NCBI GenBank assembly: GCA_945837185.1 | Contig: CAMAMZ010000001.1 | Coordinates: forward strand, 1-53,710 | Direction: 5' to 3' | DNA: 53,710 nt | Origin: an uncultured Bacteroidales bacterium | Lineage (GTDB): Bacteria > Bacteroidota > Bacteroidia > Bacteroidales > Bacteroidaceae | In this document: positions 8,816 to 18,377 of the stretch, one piece after another | Layout of the letters: each line of letters starts with the position of its first letter | Position numbering within the stretch: the stretch's first letter is position 1 | Translations under genes and position numbers: made by a program | Notes under the pieces: generated by a model | Database searches by the model: none | Told to the model about the DNA's origin: nothing | What the model saw: only the letters and a program-made list of their open reading frames with translations

Positions 8816-10786
8816 TTATGCGTCAATATTGGCATAGGTGGCGTTCTCTTCAATAAAGATACGACGTGGCTCAACATCATCGCCCATTAACATGGAGAAG
8901 ACTTCGTCAGCTTCTGCGGCATTTTCGATGGTTACTTGTTTGAGCAAACGGGTCTGCGGGTCCATGGTCGTTTCCCATAACTGCTCAGGATTCATTTCAC
9001 CAAGACCTTTGTAACGTTGTGTGTGTAGTGCCTTGTCGTCCTCCTTCCCCTCTACATACTTGTCGATGAAAGCTTGACGTTGCTGCTCGGTATAGCAGTA
9101 TTCGCTGACTTTCTTGTAGGTACATTTGTAGAGTGGGGGTGTAGCGATGTAGAGATGGCCTTCTTCAATAACCTTGGGCATGAAGCGATAGAAGAGTGTC
9201 ATGATCAGTGTGTCGATGTGGGAACCATCGACATCGGCGTCGGTCATGATGATAATCTTATCATAACGTAGCTTGTCGATATTAGCCTCACGGTCGTCCT
9301 CACCGTCAACACCGAAACGAACACCTATGCTCTGAATGATATTCATGACCGACTCAGCCTCGAAAACGCGGTGCCATTGTACCTTCTCTACATTCAGAAT
9401 CTTTCCTCTAAGCGGCAGAATAGCCTGGGTATAGCGGTCACGACCCTGTTTGGCGGAGCCACCGGCAGAATCTCCCTCTACAAGGAATATCTCACAGTCT
9501 TTAGGGTCTTTATTCGAGCAGTCGGCCAATTTGCCGGGCAGACCACCTCCGCTCATCACATTCTTACGCTGCACACTCTCGCGTGCCTTTCTTGCTGCGA
9601 TACGGGCTGTGGCGGCAAGCACCACCTTTTCACATATCTTCTTGGCTTCCACGGGATGCTCTTCCAGATAGTCGGAGAGCGCTTCGCCTACAGCCTGTTG
9701 TACGGCACCGGTAACTTCGCTGTTGCCCAGTTTGGTTTTTGTTTGTCCTTCAAACTGTGGCTCCGCTACCTTGATAGAGATGACAGCGGTCAGACCCTCG
9801 CGGAAGTCCTCACCGGCAATTTCTATTTTGGCCTTTTCTATTTGTTTGGAAATAACAGGGTCGGCATCGGCATATTTCTTGAGCGTACGCGTGAGTGCCA
9901 TACGGAAACCAACCAAGTGTGTACCACCTTCTATCGTATTGATGTTGTTGACATAGGAGTGGATGTTTTCGGAATAGTCGGTGTTGTACATGACAGCCAC
10001 TTCGATGGGTATGCCTTGTTTCTCAGTCTTGAGATAGATGACATCGTCGACGAGATGGGTGCGGTGACGGTCGACATAGCGTACAAACTCTTTCAGACCA
10101 TCTTTGGCATGGAATACCTCTTTGTGTGGCAGGCTGCCTTCGCTTGTTCGCATATCGATAAGCGTGATGCGGATGCCGGCATTAAGGAAAGCCAGTTCAC
10201 GCATGCGGCGTGCTACAATGTCCCATTGAAACTGGGTGGTGGTAAAGATGGTAGGGTCGGGCCAGAACTGTTGGCGTGTACCCCTTTTGGTGGTTTCGCC
10301 AACAACTTTCACAGGATAGAGTGGTTTTCCTTTTTCGTATTCTTGCTGGTAGATTTTGCCATCGCGGAAGACTTGCGACATCATGTGTGTGGAGAGCGCA
10401 TTGACGCAACTCACACCAACACCATGCAAACCACCACTCACCTTGTAGGAGCCTTTGTCGAATTTACCTCCGGCATGCAATACTGTCATGACAACCTCAA
10501 GGGCAGACTTGTGTAGTTTCTTATGCTCGTCGACAGGAATGCCACGACCATTGTCTTCAACGGTCACTGAATTGTCTTCATTGATGGTTACTTCTATATC
10601 TGTGCAATATCCAGCCATGGCCTCATCGATGGAGTTGTCTACCGTCTCGTTGATGAGGTGGTGAAGACCTTTCTCGCTAATGTCGCCAATATACATGGCG
10701 GGGCGCTTTCTTACAGCCTCTAAGCCTTCAAGGACTTGGATGTTACTGGCCGAATAATTGCTCTCTATGTTCTGATTTTCTGCCAT
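8816..10786 (-). CDS. gyrB: DNA gyrase subunit B
   Basis: LEGLEAVRKRPAMYIG, GGLHGVG, EGDSAGG, PLRGKILN, DADVDG and RYKGLGEM motifs; TATCTTTG promoter box at 10811-10818 (minus). Confidence 0.97.
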   Translation of the reverse strand: MAENQNIESNYSASNIQVLEGLEAVRKRPAMYIGDISEKGLHHLINETVDNSIDEAMAGYCTDIEVTINEDNSVTVEDNGRGIPVDEHKKLHKSALEVVMTVLHAGGKFDKGSYKVSGGLHGVGVSCVNALSTHMMSQVFRDGKIYQQEYEKGKPLYPVKVVGETTKRGTRQQFWPDPTIFTTTQFQWDIVARRMRELAFLNAGIRITLIDMRTSEGSLPHKEVFHAKDGLKEFVRYVDRHRTHLVDDVIYLKTEKQGIPIEVAVMYNTDYSENIHSYVNNINTIEGGTHLVGFRMALTRTLKKYADADPVISKQIEKAKIEIAGEDFREGLTAVISIKVAEPQFEGQTKTKLGNSEVTGAVQQAVGEALSDYLEEHPVEAKKICEKVVLAATARIAARKARESVQRKNVMSGGGLPGKLADCSNKDPKDCEIFLVEGDSAGGSAKQGRDRYTQAILPLRGKILNVEKVQWHRVFEAESVMNIIQSIGVRFGVDGEDDREANIDKLRYDKIIIMTDADVDGSHIDTLIMTLFYRFMPKVIEEGHLYIATPPLYKCTYKKVSEYCYTEQQRQAFIDKYVEGKEDDKALHTQRYKGLGEMNPEQLWETTMDPQTRLLKQVTIENAAEADEVFSMLMGDDVEPRRIFIEENATYANIDA

Positions 10787-10851
10787 TATATGTTTCTGAA
10801 ATTTATTATGCAAAGATAGCAAAAAAGCTGGATATGGAGAAACTTTTAATC

Positions 10852-10882
10852 AAAAAAAAGACCGCTGTTAAGAGCGGTCTTT
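10852..10882 (-). terminator. Rho-independent terminator of tRNA-Glu-rpsT
   Basis: AAAGACCGCT/AGCGGTCTTT stem with a U-tract on the minus strand. Confidence 0.85.
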
Positions 10883-10908
10883 GTGGGTTTGATATCTGAT
10901 AATAGGGA

Positions 10909-11163
10909 TTAGCCCAACTTGTTGATATGCAATGCCAAGCTTGATTTGATATTGGCAGCCTTGTTCTTGTGGATAAGGTTTGTCTTTGCGAGTTTGTCCA
11001 ACATCTTCTGTACAGCGGGGTACATCTTAACAGCTTCTTCCTTGTCGGTAATTGCACGCAGTTTGCGTACAGCATTGCGCATCGTCTTTGCATAATACTT
11101 ATTATGCAACGTCTTGACTTTCGTCTGACGGATTCTCTTCAATGATGATTTGTGATTTGCCAT
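10909..11163 (-). CDS. rpsT: 30S ribosomal protein S20
   Basis: [13 protein letters not shown]...[11 protein letters not shown], 84 aa. Confidence 0.98.
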   Translation of the reverse strand: MANHKSSLKRIRQTKVKTLHNKYYAKTMRNAVRKLRAITDKEEAVKMYPAVQKMLDKLAKTNLIHKNKAANIKSSLALHINKLG

Positions 11164-11189
11164 CTTTATTTTTTGTCTTCTTTTAATTT

Positions 11190-11264
11190 TGGTAGTCCCT
11201 AGGAGAGTCGAACTCCTCTTTAGAGAATGAAAATCTCTCGTCCTAACCGATAGACGAAGGGACC
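11190..11264 (-). tRNA. tRNA-Glu(TTC) with encoded CCA
   Basis: GGTCCCT acceptor stem, anticodon arm AGAGA-TTTTCAT-TCTCT, GTTCGAC T-loop, 3' ACCA; TAACTTTG promoter box at 11284-11291. Confidence 0.96.
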
Positions 11265-11369
11265 TAAAGCTGATTAGCGGGTGCAAAGTTATGTATTTTC
11301 TCTGAAACATCCAAATTTTCAGAAAGAAATTTTCGCAACTTACATGTTTTTTATTAATTTTGTGGTATT

Positions 11370-12101
11370 ATGCAGCTGAAAACCCGCGCTATTGTGTTGC
11401 GAACGGTCAAATATGGCGATTCGCAATGGATTGTTGATTTGCTTACGGAAGAAGCAGGTCGCATGTCGTGTATTTGTACTATTCCCCATTCGGGTCGCGG
11501 AAAAATCAAGAAGCAGTTCTTTCAGCCTTTACACCTTTTGGACCTTGTCGTAACGTGTCGTTCCACGGCTTCGTTACAACGGTTGGCCGATGTGAGACTG
11601 CAGGTGCCGTTAGTGTCAATTCCTGTTGAACCGTCGAAGTTGGCTATAGCACTTTTCGTGGCAGAATTCCTATGTTATGCCACACGTGGAGAACGTCAGA
11701 ATAGCGCCTTATATGATTATGTGTCGAACAGCATATTATGGTTGGATGGCGCATCGCAGGGCTACAGCAATTTCCATTTGGTGTTTATGATGCGCCTGTC
11801 TCGTTTCTTGGGTTTTTGGCCCAATTTGGATAACTATGCGGAAGGGAAGGGGTTTGACCTCCGGGAAGGTATGTTCGTGGATAGTGTACCCTTGCATAAA
11901 GATTATGTGGAAGCTGATGAGGCCGCTCGTATTGTGCCGCTCATGCGTATGAATTATGCTACGATGCATTTGTATCGCATGAACCGCAAGGACCGAAACC
12001 GTTGTGTGGAATGGCTGTTGCACTTTTACCGGCTCCATATACCTGACTTTCCGGAATTGCGTTCATGGTTGGTATTAAGGGAATTGTATGCATCAAATTG
12101 A
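11370..12101 (+). CDS. recO: DNA repair protein RecO
   Basis: AIVLRTVKYGD N-terminus, FQPL, LSRFLGFWP and YRLHIPDF. Confidence 0.93.
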   Translation: MQLKTRAIVLRTVKYGDSQWIVDLLTEEAGRMSCICTIPHSGRGKIKKQFFQPLHLLDLVVTCRSTASLQRLADVRLQVPLVSIPVEPSKLAIALFVAEFLCYATRGERQNSALYDYVSNSILWLDGASQGYSNFHLVFMMRLSRFLGFWPNLDNYAEGKGFDLREGMFVDSVPLHKDYVEADEAARIVPLMRMNYATMHLYRMNRKDRNRCVEWLLHFYRLHIPDFPELRSWLVLRELYASN

Positions 12102-12130
12102 GCCTCAGCAAAAGGGATGCTGAGGCTCAA
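12098..12130. terminator. Hairpin between convergent recO and ftsZ
   Basis: Perfect 13-bp stem TTGAGCCTCAGCA/TGCTGAGGCTCAA. Confidence 0.8.
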
Positions 12131-12200
12131 CTTACTGTGTTCCCGAAAAGGCCTGAGGCTTTATAGGGAATGGAGGTCGTCATGATGTGACGGTTGACAC

Positions 12201-13517
12201 TTATGTAAAGCTAATCAAACCTTGTACGGGTTCACCGTCTTTATCCGGGTTGTCGATGATGCCCGATGCTTGTCGGCGAATATCGTCAATGAGTTGTTTC
12301 GAGCGTTTATAGGTAGGTGTATTCTCTACTGCCAAGATAACATCCTCGTTGTCCAAGTCCTCTGGGCGGAACAGGAAGATATGCGGCCGACGTTTGTATT
12401 GATTGCTGTTGGAAGTGTTGCCATAATAACGATTGCGTCGGTCTTGACGTTCTGCTGCACGTTCCTCTTCTTGAGCCCTACGGTCGGCTTCTTCCTGCGA
12501 ATGCTTTTTGCCCAAGTGGCTGTGCATGCCGTCGACATCTTCAATACCAAAGCCTGTGGCGAGGATGGTCACCTTAACCCGTTTGCCTAATTCCGGATCG
12601 ATGGCTAAGCCCCATTTGATTTCAAAGTCGTTGTCAAACTTGGCCATGAAATCATTCACATCATTCATCTCCTCCATCATAAGGCCACCTGCGTGGCTGT
12701 TGTTCTCGTTGGAGAAGTTCAAACTGAGGAGAATCTTCTTGGCATTGAAGATATCATTGTCGTTCAGCAACGGAGAGTGGAGTGCATCCTCAATGGCTTT
12801 CTTTACGCGGCCTTCGCCTTCGCCATAGCCTGTACTCATAATGGCCACACCGCCATCTTTCAATACCGTCTTCACATCGTTGAAGTCGAGGTTGATAAGA
12901 CCATGATTAGTGATGATTTCTGCGATGCTTTTTGCTGCGATGCTCAGGGTGTCGTCGGCTTTGCCAAAAGCATCGAGAACGGTCAATTCTGGATAGATTT
13001 CCCGAAGACGTTCGTTGTTGATGACCAAAAGCGCATCGACATGCTTCGACATCTCCTCTACGCCATCAAGGGCCTGGTCGATTTTCTTATCGCCCTCGAA
13101 GCGGAAGGGAATGGTAACGATGCCCACAGTGAGAATATCTAATTCTTTGCTTATACGGGCAATGACAGGAGCGGCGCCTGTTCCGGTTCCTCCGCCCATG
13201 CCGGCTGTGATAAAGGCCATCTTAGTTCCATCGCTCAACATATTGCGTATCTCGTCGATGGTTTCTTCCGCTGCTTGTCGCGCGCGTTCCGGTTTGTTGC
13301 CTGCTCCCAATCCTTCTTTGCCAAGTTGCAGGTGAATAGGTACGGGAGAGTCGTTGAGTGCCTGATTGTCAGTATTGCACAATACAAAACTTACATCGTG
13401 GATGCCTTCTCTGTACATGTGGTTGACAGCGTTGCCACCGCCACCGCCAACACCAATAACCTTAATGATGCTGTTTCCTTGCTCGGGTTCTCCGAAATCC
13501 AATATTGTCGTGCTCAT
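12201..13517 (-). CDS. ftsZ: Cell division GTPase FtsZ
   Basis: IKVIGVGGGGGNAV, GMGGGTGTG tubulin signature and NLDFNDV. Confidence 0.99.
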   Translation of the reverse strand: MSTTILDFGEPEQGNSIIKVIGVGGGGGNAVNHMYREGIHDVSFVLCNTDNQALNDSPVPIHLQLGKEGLGAGNKPERARQAAEETIDEIRNMLSDGTKMAFITAGMGGGTGTGAAPVIARISKELDILTVGIVTIPFRFEGDKKIDQALDGVEEMSKHVDALLVINNERLREIYPELTVLDAFGKADDTLSIAAKSIAEIITNHGLINLDFNDVKTVLKDGGVAIMSTGYGEGEGRVKKAIEDALHSPLLNDNDIFNAKKILLSLNFSNENNSHAGGLMMEEMNDVNDFMAKFDNDFEIKWGLAIDPELGKRVKVTILATGFGIEDVDGMHSHLGKKHSQEEADRRAQEEERAAERQDRRNRYYGNTSNSNQYKRRPHIFLFRPEDLDNEDVILAVENTPTYKRSKQLIDDIRRQASGIIDNPDKDGEPVQGLISFT

Positions 13518-13567
13518 ATCCTACTTATGCTAAATTATGGGTTGAATGATAATCAGAATAAAGTATC

Positions 13568-15004
13568 TTATTCATCTTCAGAGATAATCTTCTTGAAATA
13601 ATGCTTCATTGACCGCATCGACCTGTTGAAGAGGCTGTTCTCTTTCTTCTGTCGCTTTTCTTCCTCCTCTTTCTGTCGTGCTTCTTCTTCAGCCTGTTCT
13701 TTTTTCTTGCGGGCATCTTCCTCTGCCTTTTGCTTTTCCGCTTCAGTTTGCACCACGCCTCGACCACTCGTTTCGTTCAAGGAACGAGGATTCTTGTGCA
13801 AATCAGCAGTGGTGTAGTTGGTTTTCTCTTCGCCTGAGAACAGATCGGAAGTGATGTCGCCACCAGCACAGTTCATGTCACCTTTCTCCAGCAGACCGAG
13901 AATGGTATTCATCCTGCCATCATGTGCTGTGATTTCAGGCTGCTTGCCATTGATGGTTTGGTTGACAAATCGGGCAATGCGTATTTTCTCTATGTGGGTA
14001 TGTGTGCGGAATGCCTTGTGGATATTGGGCATCATGGAGCCGCCACCTGTGAGGATGATACCTCCGAGCAGCTTGTCGACGTATTCGCCCGGAACCTGGA
14101 ACCATGCGTTCTCGATGATTTCTTCCATGCGTGCCTCAACAATCTCAATGAATTTACGGCTTTCAATCTGCCGTTCCGCATCGATGGAAAGCATCAGCGA
14201 GTTGTCGATGTCGTTGTTTTCTGTATAGGCACTTGCATACTTGAGTTTCATCTTCTCGGCCTCGCTCTCGTCCATCTGCAGCGAACTGATATCTTTGGTG
14301 ATATTGCTGCTGCCTAAAGGAATTACAGCCAAGTGACGGAGAATGTTCTTGTAATAAACCGATACGGTGGTTGTGTCGGCACCGATATCAACCATCATAC
14401 AGCCGCTGCGTTTCTCTGTTTCGGTCAAGATGCTGTCGGCAAGTGCCAAGGGAGCGAGATACATTTCGGCGATGGCAATATTGGCCTTGTTGAAACAGAG
14501 GTTGAGGTTGCGATAATATACCTTTCTCCAGAGAATGTTCAAGAAGTTGCCTTCCAGGCGATTGCATTGGATTCCTACAGGGTCAAGCTGGAACTGGTTG
14601 TCGACCTTATATTCTTGCGTAGCCGCATCGAGAATTTCTTGTTCTGGATAGGACATGCTACGGTTGGCATCCATCAGTTCGTTTACCATGTTTTGGTCAA
14701 CGATGGTATTGACAGGCAAATCTTTGGCGATAACGTTCTTGATGCTGCGGATAGAGCGTCCTCCCACACCAACATAGACATGGGCTATTTTGGTCTTAAG
14801 ACTTGTTTCCAAACGTTTGATGATATTGGAAAGGCACAGCACTGTCTTTTCAATGTTGTAGATAACCCCCTTTCGAATACATGCTGAGGCATCCTCCTGT
14901 GCCACAGCGAGGATGCTGATGCTACCATCCGAATTCTTTTTTCCTGCGATACCAATAATCTTGGAAGATCCCAGCTCAATCGCTATAATAAATTCCTTTG
15001 CCAT
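13568..15004 (-). CDS. ftsA: Cell division protein FtsA
   Basis: IELGSSKI, VDIGADTT and ILTGGGS actin-fold motifs; position in the dcw cluster. Confidence 0.95.
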   Translation of the reverse strand: MAKEFIIAIELGSSKIIGIAGKKNSDGSISILAVAQEDASACIRKGVIYNIEKTVLCLSNIIKRLETSLKTKIAHVYVGVGGRSIRSIKNVIAKDLPVNTIVDQNMVNELMDANRSMSYPEQEILDAATQEYKVDNQFQLDPVGIQCNRLEGNFLNILWRKVYYRNLNLCFNKANIAIAEMYLAPLALADSILTETEKRSGCMMVDIGADTTTVSVYYKNILRHLAVIPLGSSNITKDISSLQMDESEAEKMKLKYASAYTENNDIDNSLMLSIDAERQIESRKFIEIVEARMEEIIENAWFQVPGEYVDKLLGGIILTGGGSMMPNIHKAFRTHTHIEKIRIARFVNQTINGKQPEITAHDGRMNTILGLLEKGDMNCAGGDITSDLFSGEEKTNYTTADLHKNPRSLNETSGRGVVQTEAEKQKAEEDARKKKEQAEEEARQKEEEEKRQKKENSLFNRSMRSMKHYFKKIISEDE

Positions 15005-15005
15005 A

Positions 15006-15818
15006 TTAGTTGTTGTCATTATCTGTTGCGTTGTGTTTCTTGCAGATAATCTGGTTGTCGAACTCCAGATTGATATAGTTATATTTGTTCCATCCTACTT
15101 GAGAAAGTCCATATTTGTAGAATTTCTCGAGGCGTGTCATCTTTTTGGTTGTAAAGTCCTCAATCATCTTTTTGCGCGTGGATGGGTCGCTGCTCTCGGG
15201 AAGCGGTCCCAAATGAACGATATGCGAGCCAACTCTCGGTACCAATTCGATGCTCTTGTCGTGTAACACATTCACTTGCTCTGTTTGGTTGCGCCAAAAG
15301 TCGTTGCCCATAAGGGTATTGACAAAATGGGATATGTACTGTTTGGCATATTTGCGTGAGATGTAGCCTGTGGCTACAATCAAGTCGCTTGTATAATGTG
15401 AATTGGGCATGACTTGGTTGTTGTCGTCAAGATAATAGTCATCTCCATTGATAGCCTTGATTCTTACGGTAGGCATACGTTGGGTAAGGTAGATGGTAAC
15501 GTGGCCATCTTGCGTCTTAAAGCATTCTGCCGTCTTGACAAACGGACTGGCCTTCAGACTTTCCTCTATGCTGCGCACATTAACGGTGTTCAGTTGTTTC
15601 CCAAGCGGGTATAAGCGTAATCTCTCCAACCTTTTTTTTATTTCCTGTGTATCTAAAAAGCCGTTGGCCGATTCGTCTTGAATATCGATGCTCACTTTGG
15701 TGCACAGCCGATTGCTCTCATCGGGTTTGTTGAACGCGGTGATAGCAAAGGCAATGTAACAGCCCAGTGCGATGTCGGCCGTGACAAGCGCTATTTTTTT
15801 CCAGTTGATATAAATCAT
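15006..15818 (-). CDS. ftsQ: Cell division protein FtsQ
   Basis: N-terminal TM, POTRA-like region, INLEFDNQIIC C-terminus; lies between murC and ftsA. Confidence 0.9.
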   Translation of the reverse strand: MIYINWKKIALVTADIALGCYIAFAITAFNKPDESNRLCTKVSIDIQDESANGFLDTQEIKKRLERLRLYPLGKQLNTVNVRSIEESLKASPFVKTAECFKTQDGHVTIYLTQRMPTVRIKAINGDDYYLDDNNQVMPNSHYTSDLIVATGYISRKYAKQYISHFVNTLMGNDFWRNQTEQVNVLHDKSIELVPRVGSHIVHLGPLPESSDPSTRKKMIEDFTTKKMTRLEKFYKYGLSQVGWNKYNYINLEFDNQIICKKHNATDNDNN

Positions 15819-17191
15819 TTGTTGGATAATATTTCTGCCAGTTGCGGAACGTAATTATCTAAGTCGCCTGCTCCCAGAATGACGAGCACATCAAAATCCC
15901 GTTGCTTCGCAAGGGCGATAACCTCTTCTTTGTGAATCATGCTTTTCTCCACACCGGGTTTGAGATGGTCGTAAATGAGTTGGCTGCTAACACCCTCGAT
16001 GGGTTGCTCACGGGCCGGATAGATATCGCAGAGGATTACCTCATCGAGTTGGCTCAACGCCTCGGCAAACTCCAGATAGAAGTCTCTTGTACGGGTGTAC
16101 AGATGGGGCTGGAATATTGCGGTTATCTTACGGTTGGCATACAGTTCCCGCAAGCTTTTCGCACTTTGGTATATTTCTTTGGGATGGTGCGCATAGTCAG
16201 AAAGAAGCACATGACGGCTGTCTTTCAGTCGGAAATCGAAACGACGGTCTACACCCCCATAGGTCTTCATGCCTTCACGAAGTTCGTCGGCAGTACATCC
16301 GTTGAGTTGTGCCATAGCCATGGCAGCAACACCATTCTCTATATTGATAGGAACGGGCTGACCTAATTCTATATTCCGCACGATTTCAATGGGTGAAATG
16401 AAATCGAAGGTAATCTCACCGTTCTCTATCCGTATGTTGTCGGCGTGAAAGTCGCCTTCATGAAGGCTGTATTCGTACGTCTGCACACCGGGTTGAACGT
16501 CGGCCCTCATTTCCAATCCCTTATGCAGAATGAGAGCCCCACCAGGCTGGATGAGCGTGGTGTAATGACGGAAGCTCTCCAGATAAGCCTCTTTGGTTCC
16601 GTAGATGTCTAAGTGGTCAGGATCGGTAGAGGTGATGACACTCATCCACGGACGAAGCCAATGGAAACTACGGTCAAACTCGTCGGCCTCGATTACAATC
16701 AGGTCACTTTGGTTGCTCAGAATATAGTTTGTGCCATAGTTCTTGGAGATGCCTCCAAGGAAGGCATTACAGTCGAGGTGACTTTGATGCAGGATATGCG
16801 CGCACATCGTTGACGTGGTGGTCTTGCCATGCGTGCCTGCCACACAGAGTCCTTTATGGGTTCGTGTGAGTGTGCCCAACACTTGAGCCCTCTTCTCTAT
16901 GGTGAACCCATTGTTGCGGAAAAAGACAAGTTCTTGGTGGTTCTTGGGTATGGCAGGTGTGTAAACAACCAAGCATGTTTCGGAATCCTTGCAAGGTGCA
17001 GGAATTGCCTCTACTGACTCCTCGTAGTGGATGTGCATCCCCTCCTTCTCTAACTGTTGGGTAAGGGGAGTAGGCACCTTGTCGTAGCCTGCCACACAGA
17101 TGCCTTTGTGCAGGAAATAGCGCGCCAGTGCACTCATGCCGATTCCACCGGCGCCAACAAAATAGATTGCTTTGATATCTTTAATTTCCAT
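15815..17191 (-). CDS. murC: UDP-N-acetylmuramate--L-alanine ligase
   Basis: GAGGIGMS, GTHGKTTT, EADEFD, DYAHHP and FQPHLYTRT motifs. Confidence 0.98.
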   Translation of the reverse strand: MEIKDIKAIYFVGAGGIGMSALARYFLHKGICVAGYDKVPTPLTQQLEKEGMHIHYEESVEAIPAPCKDSETCLVVYTPAIPKNHQELVFFRNNGFTIEKRAQVLGTLTRTHKGLCVAGTHGKTTTSTMCAHILHQSHLDCNAFLGGISKNYGTNYILSNQSDLIVIEADEFDRSFHWLRPWMSVITSTDPDHLDIYGTKEAYLESFRHYTTLIQPGGALILHKGLEMRADVQPGVQTYEYSLHEGDFHADNIRIENGEITFDFISPIEIVRNIELGQPVPINIENGVAAMAMAQLNGCTADELREGMKTYGGVDRRFDFRLKDSRHVLLSDYAHHPKEIYQSAKSLRELYANRKITAIFQPHLYTRTRDFYLEFAEALSQLDEVILCDIYPAREQPIEGVSSQLIYDHLKPGVEKSMIHKEEVIALAKQRDFDVLVILGAGDLDNYVPQLAEILSNK

Positions 17192-18302
17192 GTTTGTTTT
17201 CAATTAATCGGATAACTTCTTTCGCGATGGTTGTTGCGGAATCGGGAACACCAAGCGTGGTGATGTTTTGAGAGAGTGAAGCCAGTTTCGTGCTGTTGTT
17301 GACAACTTCGATGGCTTTGGGGAGCAACACTTCCTTTGCTTCAGCGTCTTTTACATAGATGGCTGCATCTTTGTTGACGAGAGCCATGGCATTCTGCGTC
17401 TGGTGGTCTTCGGCCACATTCGGACTTGGAACAAGAATGACAGGTTTTCCTATCAAACAGAATTCACTGATGGAACTGGCGCCCGCCCTGCTGATAACCA
17501 GATCGGCTGCTCGATATGCCGCCCCCATATCACTGATAAAGTCGGTTACTTTGAGCATCGGCATGTCTGGTGTTTGGCGTAAGGAGGCACAAATGTCCTC
17601 ATAATAGAACTTTCCGGTTTGCCAGATTAGCTGCACACCAGACTCTCTTAATAACGTAAGTTGGTTGAGGACGCTTTCATTCAAGGTGCGTGCGCCAAGG
17701 CTGCCTCCCACAATGAGTATCGTCTTCTTTGAGGGGTCAAGTCCAAACGAGCGTATGGCATCCTCGCGGCTTATTGTAGCATCAAGAATGTTCTGCCTGA
17801 CAGGATTGCCCGTTAGAATAATCTTTTCGGCAGGGAAGAAGCGTTCCATGCCCTGATAAGCCACACAAATCTTATCGGCCTTTTTGGCCAGCAGACGATT
17901 GGTGACTCCTGCAAATGAATTTTGTTCTTGAATGAGACAGGGAATGCCTTGTGAGGCACATACGTTCAGTGTTGGGCCACTGGCATAGCCACCCACTCCT
18001 ACAGCAGCCATCGGACGAAATTCTTTCACGATGCGTTTGGCCAGAAGTTCGCTTCTCCATATTTTGAAGAGTACTGCGATGTTCTTCAGCAAATGTTTGC
18101 GGTCGAAACCACAGATGGGGAGCCCTTTAATCTCATAGCCGGCAGCTGGTACGCGCTGCATCTCCATTCTGCCTAAGGCTCCTACGAACAATATGTGTGC
18201 ATCGGGCCTTAGCGCCTTAATGGCATTGGCTATGGATATAGCGGGAAAGATATGTCCGCCGGTACCTCCGCCACTGATAATGATTCTCAATTCCTTATCC
18301 AT
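17181..18302 (-). CDS. murG: Undecaprenyl-PP-MurNAc-pentapeptide GlcNAc transferase
   Basis: GGGTGGHIFP, GGYASGP, EQNS, GGSLGA and SRAGA motifs. Confidence 0.98.
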   Translation of the reverse strand: MDKELRIIISGGGTGGHIFPAISIANAIKALRPDAHILFVGALGRMEMQRVPAAGYEIKGLPICGFDRKHLLKNIAVLFKIWRSELLAKRIVKEFRPMAAVGVGGYASGPTLNVCASQGIPCLIQEQNSFAGVTNRLLAKKADKICVAYQGMERFFPAEKIILTGNPVRQNILDATISREDAIRSFGLDPSKKTILIVGGSLGARTLNESVLNQLTLLRESGVQLIWQTGKFYYEDICASLRQTPDMPMLKVTDFISDMGAAYRAADLVISRAGASSISEFCLIGKPVILVPSPNVAEDHQTQNAMALVNKDAAIYVKDAEAKEVLLPKAIEVVNNSTKLASLSQNITTLGVPDSATTIAKEVIRLIENKHGN

Positions 18303-18377
18303 CTTGCTTGAATTTATTTGAATAGGCAAAAATACGAAATATTTTCTATTTATCAGCCTTGTAATTCATAAATTATA

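Noticed and set aside
11164-11310. N-terminal extension of rpsT in the ORF track
   Set aside because: It overlaps tRNA-Glu; the S20 sequence starts at MANHK (11163).
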